A stretch of DNA of 64,000 bases, taken from assembly GCA_964016885.1 (NCBI GenBank), contig OZ024744.1, forward strand, positions 102,300,001-102,364,000, written 5' to 3'. The notes under the pieces are model-generated. The model saw nothing but the letters and a program-made list of their open reading frames with translations, had not been told where the DNA came from and did not search any database. Below, one piece after another: positions 1 through 60,605 of this stretch (position 1 is the stretch's first letter; each line of letters starts with the position of its first letter). Both the position numbers and the translations under genes were made by a program. Source of the DNA: Eledone cirrhosa (lineage: Eukaryota).

Positions 1-24
1 ATACATGTGTATATATATATATAT

Positions 25-614
25 GGTGGCTGCCAACTCGTTTTCGAGTACGGCCACTACTTTATATCCATGTAGGAGAACCCCTACCGAAGCGCTGAAC
101 GAGTGTGACTTGAAAACTCTAGTACTTGAAAACTCTATACTTGTGACAATTATTGACACATAGTGCTGGGCCCTTGGTACCATGTGACGACAAGTACAAA
201 GAGATCTCCAGATATAAAGCAATGAGTACCGTGAAGCTTTTATAGTGAGCAAAGGTACTGCACAAAGCCAGTCCCACTCTCTTAACCAAGATGATATTTA
301 CCAAAAAGAAGAACAAGTCAACATCATTGGATACCATCAGGGTTGCAGGTGTTATATCAGAGTTTTCCTTCTCCTAGAATTCTGCCTTGACAAAGGCTAA
401 GGGGTCATCTCTCCCGGTGATTTTGGATGGCCATTGACTCATAAGAGCTCCTTTGCCATTTGACAGGTTTTGTTTTTAGTCCTGCAGGATGTCCAAAGTC
501 ACCCTCCTCACCAAGAAACCTTGGTGGGGTTGCCAGTTTAGTCGCCAACGACCCGACCATGGGACAGGTTGTACTGGAATACATGTTACCAGTAGCACCA
601 ACTGGTGACCTGAC
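25..614 (-). mobile_element. ~600-bp non-autonomous RTE-derived element, copy 1, (TA)n tail
   Basis: Near-identical to 45303-45908 with the same termini; begins GTCAGG, ends GGCAGCCACC(AT)n. Confidence 0.75.
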
Positions 615-693
615 ATCATCATCACCGTTTTATGTCCGTTCTTCCACGTTAGCATGGGTTGTGTGTATATATATACATATGTGTGTATATATA

Positions 694-873
694 TAATTGT
701 TTCTACTTTTGGCACAAGGCCAGCAAATACCCAGTACATTACTGGTACTTTATTTTATCGAACCCTTAAGGATGAAAGGCAAAGTTAACCTCGGCGGGAT
801 TTGAACTCAGATCGTAAAGGGACGTAACTCCTTTCGTCAAAGCATGGCGTCCGACCCTCTACTGATACTGCCA
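694..873 (-). mobile_element. tRNA-derived SINE family 1 (Meta/MESC-like core)
   Basis: Reverse complement of the 29551-29740 family: B-box GAGTTCAAATCC and core TTTGCCTTTCATCC. Confidence 0.75.
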
Positions 874-880
874 AATGTAT

Positions 881-916
<36 letters not shown>

Positions 917-969
917 GTGTATATATATATATATGTGTGTGTATATATATACATGTGTGTGTGTGTATA

Positions 970-1268
970 TCATCATCATTTTACATCCGCTTTTCCGTTT
1001 GCAAGGGTGGGACTGGAACTGATTCTGGTTTGATTTCTACAGCTGGATGCCCTTCCTAACACCAACCTCATTTACAGTGAGTGCTGGGTGCTTTTTTTCC
1101 GTGACGCCTACACGTCCACTTTACAGTGTGGGCTGGTGCTTTTTTGCCGTGGCACCTCCACGACCACTTTGCAGTGGAATGATAGGGACCCTAGTCCTAT
1201 CATCTCATTTCTACAGCTGAGTAAACTGGAGCAATGTGAAATAAAGTGTCTTGCTCAAGGAAACAACA
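970..1268 (-). mobile_element. SINE family 2 (CORE/Nin-like core + RTE tail), 5'-truncated
   Basis: CCTTGAGCAAGACACTT core, AGGAAGGGCATCCAGCTGTAGAAA module, (GAT)n tail. Confidence 0.75.
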
Positions 1269-1448
1269 TATATATGTACATTACATATTTATATATGTAA
1301 TGTACACACACACACACATATATATATATATGTACATTACATATACATATATATGTACATTACATATATATATATATATACATGTATATATATATATGTA
1401 CAATATATATACATGTGTATATATATATATATGTGTACTTTATATGTG

Positions 1449-1482
<34 letters not shown>
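1269..1482. repeat. Compound (TA)/(CA)/(GA) microsatellite upstream of GLYR1
   Basis: Direct inspection. Confidence 0.9.
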
Positions 1483-1483
<1 letters not shown>

Positions 1484-1933
1484 TCGCCAATTAAAAAATC
1501 AAATCAAATTACATGCATGCACAACAATAATTAATTTAGTTACGAAAAACAATTGAAAATTTCTTAATCATTCGTGTGTACAAAACTGTATTTTCTTTTT
1601 TTTTGTTTTGTTTAGATTTTCTTATAATAATCGAAAGTTAAGATAAAATAGTAGCGAATTTACTATATATACATATATATATATATTATCAGATTTGGTA
1701 AAGATTTAACTGATAAATATAAGCCCGCCACTCCATTCTAAAGTGGAATTTAAGAGTAAGCAATTAGCTATTATTATTTTATACAGTAAGAAAGTATAAG
1801 TGAGTGAGTGCGTGTAAGAGATACGAAACGGTGACTGTTTTTTATTAAAGAAAAGGCGGAAAAAAGATATTTAAAAGGCTGTATGTAAGCAATGCTATCC
1901 CACAGTGCAGTTTGTTACATGTGAACGCTAGCC

Positions 1934-49272
<47,339 letters not shown>

Positions 49273-49478
49273 GTATTGATGTTATGTTATTACCATTCCT
49301 TACCTTGTGTAGAACCTACCGATTAAGACAAATAATCCCGTAGAATAATAATTGATGTTATTGAAAAAAAAAAGAATACATTTTCAGTTGCCATTCACTG
49401 AAATCTCAAGTAAATAACCCATTTGTTAACTGAATATATATATATTTATTTAGGATATTGACCATATATCAGACAAAT

Positions 49479-50965
49479 AATATGGTCAGTATACTGTATA
49501 GAGATCAATATATGGTCAGTATACTGTATAGAGATCAATATATGGTCAGTATACTGTATAGAGATCAATATATGGTCAGTATACTGTATAGAGATCAATA
49601 TATGGTCAGTATACTGTATAGAGATCAATATATGGTCAGTATACTGTATAGAGATCAATATATGGTCAGTATACTGTATAGAGATCAATATATGGTCAGT
49701 ATACTGTATAGAGATCAATATATGGTCAGTATACTGTATAGAGATCAATATATGGTCAATATACTGTATAGAGATCAATATATGGTCAATATACTGTATA
49801 GAGATCAATATATGGTCAATATACTGTATAGAGATCAATATATGGTCAGTATACTGTATAGAGATCAATATATGGTCAATATACTGTATAGAGATCAATA
49901 TATGGTCAATATACTGTATAGAGATCAATATATGGTCAATATACTGTATAGAGATCAATATATGGTCAATATACTGTATAGAGATCAATATATGGTCAAT
50001 ATACTGTATAGAGATCAATATATGGTCAATATACTGTATAGAGATCAATATATGGTCAATATACTGTATAGAGATCAATATATGGTCAATATACTGTATA
50101 GAGATCAATATATGGTCAATATACTGTATAGAGATCAATATATGGTCAGTATACTGTATAGAGATCAATATATGGTCAGTATACTGTATAGAGATCAATA
50201 TATGGTCAGTATACTGTATAGAGATCAATATATGGTCAGTATACTGTATAGAGATCAATATATGGTCAGTATACTGTATAGAGATCAATATATGGTCAGT
50301 ATACTGTATAGAGATCAATATATGGTCAGTATACTGTATGTATAGAGATCAATATATGGTCAGTATATTGTATAGAGATCAATATATGGTCAATATACTG
50401 TATAGAGATCAATATATGGTCAGTATACTGTATAGAGATCAATATATGGTCAGTATACTGTATAGAGATCAATATATGGTCAGTATACTGTATAGAGATC
50501 AATATATGGTCAATATACTGTATAGAGATCAATATATGGTCAGTATACTGTATAGAGATCAATATATGGTCAGTATACTGTATAGAGATCAATATATGGT
50601 CAGTATACTGTATAGAGATCAATATATGGTCAGTATACTGTATAGAGATCAATATTTGGTCAGTATATTATTAGAGATCAATATTTGGTCAGTATATTAT
50701 TAGAGATCAATATTTGGTCAGTATATTATTAGAGATCAATATTTGGTCAGTATATTATTAGAGATCAATATTTGGTCAGTATATTATTAGAGATCAATAT
50801 TTGGTCAGTATATTATTAGAGATCAATATTTGGTCAGTATATTATTAGAGATCAATATTTGGTCAGTATATTATTAGAGATCAATATTTGGTCAGTATAT
50901 TATTAGAGATAAATATACGGTCAGTATATTATTAAAGATAAATATATGGTCAGTATATTATATAA
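49479..50965. repeat. 30-bp minisatellite (ATATGGTCAGTATACTGTATAGAGATCAAT, ~39 copies) switching to a 29-bp variant (~10 copies)
   Basis: Highly homogeneous tandem units; variant ATTTGGTCAGTATATTATTAGAGATCAAT from ~50655. Confidence 0.97.
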
Positions 50966-50967
50966 AT

Positions 50968-52545
50968 ATGAATTCCATCCTCTGCCCCAAATGCAAACTA
51001 TGGGTACACAAGAGATGTGGGATCTCAGGAAGCTTAGTTAAGAATGTAGTCTTTACATGTAGCAGGGAACGAGCACTACCAAATTCTGGGAGGGCTCTGT
51101 AGAAACAGTAGACAGCTTTTACTACCTAGGTAACCGAATTAGCAGCAGAGGTGGGTATTCTGAAGGTACAGTAACCAGGGTGACAATGGGGTGGAAGAAG
51201 TTCAGGGAGCCACTGCTAGCTGCAAAAGGCTTTTCCCTCAAAATGAAAGGCAGACTGTATGGTGCATGTGTACATCATCATCATCATTTTACGCCCGCTT
51301 TTCCCTGCTTGCAAGGGTGGGATGGGTCTTATTCAGCACAGCATCTCTCCACTCGTCACGGTCCTTCGTCATCTCCACCGTGAGCTTCAAGGATCTGAGG
51401 TCTGTTCTCACCACCTCCGCCCATGTTTTTCGTGGTCTACCTCTACCACGTCTTCCTTCAACTGGCATTTCCTGGCACTTCTTCACGTACAGCTATATTA
51501 CATGGTAGTGAGACCTGGGTGCTGTGTGCAGAAGACTTGCATAGATTAAAGAGAAATGAAGGTTGCATGCTCTGATGGATGTGTAATAGTAATATACGTG
51601 AACGGCAAAGCATAAGTGGAGAGAGAGACTAAGCATAAGAGGAATCAAATGCTGTGTGCAGGAGAGGGGGATGTGTTGGTATGGACATGTGATATATATG
51701 AAGGATGGCAGCTGCATGAAAAGGTGCAGAGCACTAGAAGTCGATGGAAGCTGTGGAGTGGGGAAACCCATGAAGACTTGGGATGAGGTGATAAAAGCCG
51801 ACATTACCCATTACCATTCATATGGCTTAGTGGTTAGAGCAATCGAAAGATTGTGAGTTCAATTCTCAGCCCGGGTGATGTGTTGTTTCCTTGAGCAAGA
51901 CACTTTATTTCACATTGCTCCAGTTTACTCAGCTGTAGAAATGAGATGATAGGGACTGAGGTCCATATCATTCCACTGTAAAGTGGTCGTGGAGGGGCCA
52001 CGGCAAAAAAGCACCCAGCACTGACTGCAAATGAGGTTGGTGTTAGGAAGGACATCCAGCTGTAGAAATCAAGCCAGAATCGGTTCCCGTCCCACCTTTG
52101 CAAGCAGGGAAAAGCGGACGTAAAATGATGATTACCCAATTTCACCTCTCAAGGGCGATGACACACGACCGTGACCTCTGGCACCACATAGTAATACAGA
52201 AGACTTGACTTCCCACGGGTACAAGCCTAAGCTGAATCATATAGAGAATATGCCCGCACCCCCTCCCACTGCAAAGTGATCATAGAGGTATCCTGACAAA
52301 CAAACACCCAGCCCCCCACTGTAAAGTGGTTGTGTAGGCATCATGGTAAAAAAGCACCCAGTACTCACTGTAAATGAGGTTGGTGTTAGGAAGGGCATCC
52401 AGCTGTAGAAATCAAGCCAGAATTGGTTCTGTATGAGCAAGACTTGGTCAGCCGACCTAGCATTTCCCACAGCAGGACAACCCGTCTAACCCATGCTAGC
52501 GTGGAAGAATGGGTGTAAAACAGTGATGGTGGTGGTGATGATATA
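50968..52545 (+). mobile_element. RTE subfamily A 3' portion with nested insertions (subfamily C fragment 51273-51490, minus; SINE family 2 at 51821-52130, plus)
   Basis: [16 protein letters not shown]...ALEVDG; SINE flanked by ATTACCCA at 51803 and 52131. Confidence 0.88.
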
Positions 52546-52589
52546 TATATAAACAAATATGTAGTCAGTATACTATAGACAAATATATA

Positions 52590-53430
52590 ATATTGAAAAT
52601 ATTGTGTACAGTTCTCAGGTGCACTACAACTCATCAAAAGTGTATGTATAGTACATAGGTTAATGTACAAACGTCAGGAAAATGAACAGTGCATGAGTCA
52701 TGATATACATGTGTGCATGTGTATGGAAGGAGGACATCATGTGTAGTTTTGGCGAATTTCGGGAAGCATGGGGTTTTAAAGGATGCAGTGTCTCGGCAGC
52801 TAACAACTGACGCAGGCAGTTTGTTCCATGCTTCAGCAACTCTAAGCGTGAAAAAATGTTTCCGAAAGTCATGGGAGCAGTGCTGTTTTCTGACTTTGTA
52901 GGCATGTCCACGTGTGTTAGACACATGGAGATCAAAAAGGTGCTCAGGGTTGTTGTTGGCGAGATGGTTAATAACTTTGTGGGTGTTTACCAAGTTCAAT
53001 GCCCAGGGAAGCAAGGCGTTCAGAGTATGGTAGTGCGCTTGGTTGCACATCTCTGAACAGTTTCCAGGAGGTTAATGTTCTGAGCAAGATAGGGGTTCCA
53101 GACTGATGATGCGAATTACAAGTGTGGTCGTACCATAGCTGTATCCAACTTTAAATAGATGGCTGGAGAGCGGCTAACAAAGGTCTTGCTGAATGATGCC
53201 AAGACACCCTCGGCCTTCTTGACAATTTTAGAGACATGCTTTGCCCAACGCAAATCGCTGCTGACAGTAATGCCCAGGTCACATTCACAAGAGGACTTCT
53301 TGATATCAGTGTTGTGGAGGGAGTATGTGGACAGTGGATTTTACCTCCCAAAATGCATAGTGGTACACTTGTCCACAGCCAGCTTCAGTTGCCAGTCTGT
53401 GATCCATTGCTGCATTGTCTAAGTCTGATT
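52590..53430 (-). mobile_element. CR1-clade LINE 3' end
   Basis: YTAMVRPHL...SSVWNPY...LETVQRCATKR and TRGHAYKVRK...RKHFFTLRVAEAWNKLP motifs. Confidence 0.85.
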
Positions 53431-53454
53431 GTAGGAAAGAGTTATAGATTTCAG

Positions 53455-53586
53455 TAGTCAGTATATTATAGACAAATATGTAGTCAGTATACTATAAACA
53501 AATATGTAGTCAGTATACTATAGATAAATATGTAGTCAGTATACTATAGATAAATATGTAGTCAGTATACTATAGAGAAATACATG

Positions 53587-53627
<41 letters not shown>

Positions 53628-53660
53628 TAAATATATGGTCTATATATATATATATATATA
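53455..53660. repeat. 28-bp variant of the GGTCAGTATAC minisatellite + (TA)n
   Basis: ATATGTAGTCAGTATACTATAGATAA units. Confidence 0.85.
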
Positions 53661-54080
53661 CGTTCTGAAAAAGAAAGAATCTGAAGATGAAGTGAGTTTT
53701 GATCTTCTCTTCAAGTTTTTATATTGATATAATTGAATATAATCCTCACATAATATAAGTTAATGTATGCATGTCTTCAGCTGTGCAGATATATATTGTT
53801 GACAGGAAGGGCATACAGCTGTAGAAAACTTGTCAAAGATAGGGGCGAAAGGATTCTTCAGTTGTATCTAACATATGACAACCTCCCTAGTGTTGGTGTC
53901 ATGATAAAATGCATCCAGTGTACTCTGTAAAGTGTAGCGAGATACGGCCTCTCGCCCTGCCCATCTGTGACGTCAGCAGCTCTGATTAATTACTGACAAG
54001 CTCGGTTGAAACTTGTGTAAAATGGATGCTATATGTATGAATGTATGTCGTTGTGTGTTGATGTATATTTTAATATATGG

Positions 54081-54466
54081 CACATGGCTTAGTGGTTAGA
54101 GCAGTGGGCTTGCAATCGAAAGGTTGTGAGTTCAATTCTTGGACTGAGTGATGGGTTGTTTCCTTGAGCAAGACACTTTATTTCACATTGCTCCAGTTTA
54201 CTCAGCTGTAGAGATGATGATAGGACTGGGGTCCCTATCATTCCACTGCAAAGTGCCACGGCAAAAAAAAGCACCCAGCCCACAATGTAAAGGCGCCATG
54301 GAAAAAAAGCACCCAGCACTCACTGTAAATGAGGTTGGTGTTAGGAAGGGCATCCAGCTGTAGAAATCAAGCCAGAATCAGTTCCAGTATGAGCAAGACA
54401 AGGTCAGCCGACCGGACACTGCCCATGATAGCGTGGAAGAACGGATGTAAAATGGTGATGATGATG
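54081..54466 (+). mobile_element. SINE family 2 with a subfamily-A-type terminus
   Basis: tRNA head + core + GCGTGGAAGAACGGATGTAAAATG(GAT)n. Confidence 0.85.
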
Positions 54467-54467
54467 A

Positions 54468-57212
54468 AATATATGGTCTGTATACTATATATATAGATAA
54501 ATATATGGTCTGTATACTATATATAGATAAATATATGGTCTGTATACTATATATATAGATAAATATATGGTCTGTATACTATATATAGATAAATATATGG
54601 TCTGTATACTATATATATAGATAAATATATGGTCTGTATACTATATATAGATAAATATATGGTCTGTATATTATATATAGATAAATATATGGTCTGTATA
54701 TTATATATAGATAAATATATGGTCTGTATACTATATATAGATAAATATATGGTCTGTATACTATATATAGATAAATATATGGTCTGTATATTATATATAT
54801 AGATAAATATATGGCTGTATACTATATATAGATAAATATATGGTCTGTATACTATATATAGATATACTATATATAGATATATACTATATATAGACTGTAT
54901 ACTATATATAGATAAATATATGGTCTGTATACTATATATAGATAAATATATGGCCTGTATATTATATATAGATAAATATATGGTCTGTATACTATATATA
55001 GATAAATATATGGTCTGTATATTATATATAGATAAATATATGGCCTGTATATTATATATAGATAAATATATGGTCTGTATATTATATATAGATAAATATA
55101 TGGTCTGTATACTATATATAGATAAATATATGGTCTGTATATTATATATATAGATAAATATATGGCTGTATACTATATATAGATAAATATATGGTCTGTA
55201 TACTATATATAGATATATACTATATATAGATATATACTATATATAGACTGTATACTATATATAGATAAATATATGGTCTGTATACTATATATAGATAAAT
55301 ATATGGCCTGTATATTATATATAGATAAATATATGGTCTGTATACTATATATAGATAAATATATGGTCTGTATATTATATATAGATAAATATATGGCCTG
55401 TATATTATATATAGATAAATATATGGTCTGTATATTATATATAGATAAATATATGGTCTGTATACTATATATAGATAAATATATGGTCTGTATATTATAT
55501 ATATAGATAAATATATGGTCTGTATACTATATATAGATAAATATATGGTCTGTATACTATATATAGATATATACTATATATAGACTATACTATATATAGA
55601 CTGTATACTATATATAGATAAATATATGGTCTGTATACTATATATAGATAAATATATGGCCTGTATATTATATATAGATAAATATATGGTCTGTATACTA
55701 TATATAGATAAATATATGGTCTGTATATTATATATAGATAAATATATGGCCTGTATATTATATATAGATAAATATATGGTCTGTATATTATATATAGATA
55801 AATATATGGTCTGTATATTATATATAGATAAATATATGGTCTGTATATTATATATAGATAAATATATGGTCTGTATATTATATATAGATAAATATATGGT
55901 CTGTATACTATATATAGATAAATATATGGTCTGTATATTATATATAGATAAATATATGGTCTGTATATTATATATAGATAAATATATGGTCTGTATATTA
56001 TATATAGATAAATATATGGTCTGTATATTATATATAGATAAATATATGGTCTGTATATTATATATAGATAAATATATGGTCTGTATATTATATATAGATA
56101 AATATATGGTCTGTATATTATATATATAGACAAATATATGGTCTCTATACTATATATAGATAAATATATGGTCTGTATACTATATATATAGACAAATATA
56201 TGGTCTGCATACTATATATATAGACAAATATATGGTCTGTATACTATATATATAGACAAATATATGGTCTGCATACTATATATATAGACAAATATATGGT
56301 CTGTATACTATATATATAGACAAATATATGGTCAGTATACTATATATATAGACAAATATATGGTCTGTATACTATATATATAGACAAATATATGGTCTGT
56401 ATACTATATATATAGACAAATATATGGTCAGTATACTATATATATAGACAAATATATGGTCTGTATACTATATATATAGACAAATATATGGTCAGTATAC
56501 TATATATAGACAAATATATGGTCTGCATACTATATATATAGACAAATATATGGTCTGTATACTATATATATATAGACAAATATATGGTCAGTATACTATA
56601 TATATAGACAAATATATGGTCTGTATACTATATATATAGACAAATATATGGTCTGTATACTATATATATATAGACAAATATATGGTTTGTATACTATATA
56701 TATAGACAAATATATGGTCAGTATACTATATATATAGACAAATATATGGTCTGTATACTATATATATAGACAAATATATGGTCTGTATACTATATATATA
56801 GACAAATATATGGTCTGTATACTATATATATAGACAAATATATGGTCTGTATACTATATATATAGACAAATATATGGTCTCTATACTATATATAGACAAA
56901 TATATGGTCAGTATACTATATATATAGACAAATATATGGTCTGTATACTATATATAGATAAATATATGGTCTGTATACTATATATAGATAAATATATGGT
57001 CTGTATACTATATATAGATAAATATATGGTCTGTATACTATATATAGATAAATATATGGCCTGTATTCTATATATAGACAAATATATGGTCTGTATACTA
57101 TATATAGATATATACTATATATAGATATATACTATATATAGACTATACTATATATAGACTGTATACTATATATAGATAAATATATGGTCTGTATACTATA
57201 TAGATAAATATA
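54468..57212. repeat. 30-32-bp minisatellite (ATATGGTCTGTATACTATATATAGATAAAT) with 353-bp higher-order repeats
   Basis: Identical variant strings recur at 54920, 55273 and 55626. Confidence 0.96.
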
Positions 57213-57344
57213 TTTTTTAAATTCCCATAATTCTTCTCTTATTACTGTTATATATGGTTGTTCAATTATGCCCAAGGATTTTATTTAAACCTTGCCAACT
57301 ACCCCATTCTCATTTGTTTAATTATGACCGAAATTCTAGGGTCT

Positions 57345-59953
57345 TATAAAATAACCTCGACAACAGAAGACTATCCTCAGGAGAAAAATATGGAAGCTAA
57401 AGGACCCCACAGCCAGTAATAAATTTAAAAGCATATTACTTGATGCTTTTGATAGTAAGGAAGAGCAATTAGTTGTACAATATAGAGGAACAGTGGGAAT
57501 TCCTGAAAGCTAACCTGCTGAAGGCGGCATGAATTCTGTGGTTGGAGCAGACCTATAGGCAGGAGAGTAACTTTGTGGTGCAACAGTAAGGTGGAGGAGT
57601 CAATCAGGCTTGGAAAGCATGGTGGGATGGGGGAAGTAGAGAAGACTATCAAGAGGCCAGGAGGGAAGCTAGGAGACAAGTGTACTTCGCAAGAAGGGAA
57701 GCAGAGGAAAGAAAGTTCAAGCATGTTCTACAATGCGAGGACCAAAAACGTGAGGTGTTTAGGAATGCTAGGCAATGTGCCAAGGAAAACCGTGATATTG
57801 TCGGAGAAGTGTCCTTAATGATGATGGTGTACTTGCTATCACTGTCGCTGATAAGAAGGTATCTTGGAAGTGTCACTACGAAAGGCTACTAAATGAGGAG
57901 AATAATTGGGAGAAAGTCAGTCTCCCCCACATCGATCCAATAGAGGGACCAGCAGTGTAAGTTGAACATAGTATAATAAGTAAGGTGATCAAAGATATGA
58001 AGACAGGCAAGGCGGTTGGGCCTTCGGAAATAGTTGCTGAAATGCTGAAAGCATCTGGAACGGTGGGACACACTATGGTCACCCGGATAGTAAACGAAGT
58101 CATACAGAATGGGGTCATTCCGAAGGACTGGCGTAGCAGCACCATCATTAACTGCTACAAGGGTAAAGGAGAAGCCCTAGATAGGGGAAACTATAGAGGC
58201 ATTAAATTAATTGACCAGGTCATGAAGGTCACAGAAAAAATAATAGCGCAACTAATCAGAGAGCGAATTGATCTAGATGAAATGAAGTTCGGTTTTGTGT
58301 CAGGTAAAAGTACCACAGACGCTCTTTTCATTGTACGACAACTACAGGAGAAGTACCTAGCTAAAAGTAAACCCCTATACTTAGCTTTTGTTGACTTGGA
58401 GAAAGCCTTTGACAGAGTCCCCCGCTCCATTATCTGGTGGGCTCTTAGAAAACTAGGTGTTGATGAATGGTTTGTGAGAGCTATACAAACAGTCAGCAAG
58501 GTTAGAATTAACAATGAATATAGTGAAGAGTTTAGCGTAAAAGTTGGTCTTCATCAGGGCTCCGTCCTTAGCCCCCTACTATTTATTATTGCCCTTCAGG
58601 CTATAACAGAGGAGTTCAAGACCGGCTGCCCATGGGAACTCCTATACGCAGATGATCAAACGCTCATAGCTGAATCAATGGCTGAACTAAAGAAGAAATT
58701 CCAAACATGGAAGCATGGCCTAGAATCAAAAGGCCTTAAATTTAACCTGTCTAAGAGTAAAGTTCTAGTTTGTAGGAAGGAAAATAGGGCACTGGTCCCA
58801 TCTGGGAAATGGCCATGCTCAGTGTGTAGGAAAGGAGTAGGCAGAAACTCCATTTTATGTCCCAAATGCAGCAAAGTATGGGTGCATAAAAGATGTAGTG
58901 GGATCACAGGTAAGCTAACTAAGAATATAGATTTTATATGTGGCCGGTGCTCAGGTGCAATAAGTAGCAGCAAGTGCCCACAGAATACTAGCTCATTCCA
59001 TTGCACAGATGGTTCTATAGAAATAGTGGACACCTTCCGTTACCTGGGTGACAAAATCAGCAGTGGTAGAGGTTGCTCTGAAAGTACAGTAGCTAGTCAG
59101 AACGGGATGGAAAAAGTTCAGAGAGCTTATACCACTATTAGCCGCTAATGGGTTCTCCCAAAAAATGAAAGGCAGGCTGTATGATGCCTGCATACGAACA
59201 GCAATGTTGCATGGCAGTGAGACGTGGGCCTTGTGTGCAGAGGATATACTCAGACTGGAGAGGAATGAAGCTTGCATGCTCCGTTGGATGTGTAATAGTA
59301 ATATACGTGAACGGCAAGGCATAAATGAACTAAGGGAGAAATTAGGAATAAGAGGGATCAGATGTTGTTTACTCGAGAGAAGACTACGTTGGTATGGTCA
59401 CGTGATGCGCATGAAAGACGACAGCTGTATAAAAAAGTGCAGGGCAATAAAAATAGACGGTAGCCACGGAGTAGGCAGACCCAGAAAAACCTGGGACAAG
59501 TTGATAAATTCTGACCTCACACACTTACACCTCTCCAAGACAATGTCACTGGACCAAGACCTTTGGCGCTACACAGTAATACAGAAAACCTGCCTTGCCT
59601 AAGTACAAAGCGAAACCTACAGTCAGTCGGCAGTTCTTAACAAAAATACACCCCTTTCGATGTAAAGTTATGTTGGTACCACAACATCCTGTCCGAAATA
59701 AATGAGGTCGTGTAGGTGTCACGACAAAAAAACACACAGTCCACGCTGTAATGTGGCCGTGTAGGTAACACAGTAAAAACCTCCCAGTCCACACTGTAAA
59801 CGTGGTTGGTGTTAGGAAAGGCATCCAGCCGTAGAAAACCCGCCAGACAGTCCTATACGAGCAAGACAACCAATCTTGCTTCAAGTGGGAAAATTCTCGT
59901 CCAAACCCATGCAAGCGTGGAAGATGGACGTTAAACGATGATGATGATGATGA
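57345..59953 (+). mobile_element. RTE LINE subfamily B, 5'-truncated (RT + PHD-like finger + 3'UTR)
   Basis: ORFs 57985-59148 (YADD) and 59165-59602; (GAT)n tail. Confidence 0.95.
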
Positions 59954-60528
59954 TATGGTCTGTATATTATATATAGACAAATATATGGTCTGTATACTAT
60001 ATAGATAATATGGTCTGTATACTATATAGATAAATATATAGTTTGTATACTATATAGATAAATATATGGTCTGTATACTATATAGATAAATATATGGTCT
60101 GTATACTATATAGATAAATATATGGTCTATATACTATATAGATAAATATATGGTATGTATACTATATATCGACAAATATATGGTCTGTATACTATATGTA
60201 GACACATATATGGTCTGTATATTATATATAGATAAATATATGGTCAGTATCATCATCATCATCATCCTCGTTTCACGTCCACTTTCCACGCTAGTGTGGG
60301 TTAGACGGGAGTTGTCCCACTTGAGGCAAGGTTGGTCGGGTGACCGTGTCTCGCTCATATAGGACTATCTGGCAGGTTTTCTACAGCTGGATGCCCTTCC
60401 TAACAACCACATTTACAGTGTGGAACTGGGAACCTTTTACCGTGTTACCACGATAAATATATGATCTGTATACTATATATAGATAAATATATGGTAAGTA
60501 TGTTATATAGATAAATATATGGTCTGCA

Positions 60529-60575
<47 letters not shown>

Positions 60576-60605
60576 TATATGGTCTGTATACTATATATAG
60601 ACAAA
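59954..60605. repeat. Minisatellite continuation interrupted by a minus-strand RTE tail fragment (60250-60450)
   Basis: ATATGGTCTGTATACTATA units. Confidence 0.88.

Noticed and set aside
1700-1933. GLYR1 core promoter (GCCCGCC at ~1723)
   Set aside because: Position is plausible, but one GC-box-like word is not enough to call a TSS or elements
49446-50703. Repeat-protein ORFs (ISIQYTDHIL / MVSILYRDQY)
   Set aside because: 30-bp minisatellite translation with no splice or codon evidence
54920-57124. MVCILYIDKY repeat ORFs
   Set aside because: Minisatellite translation
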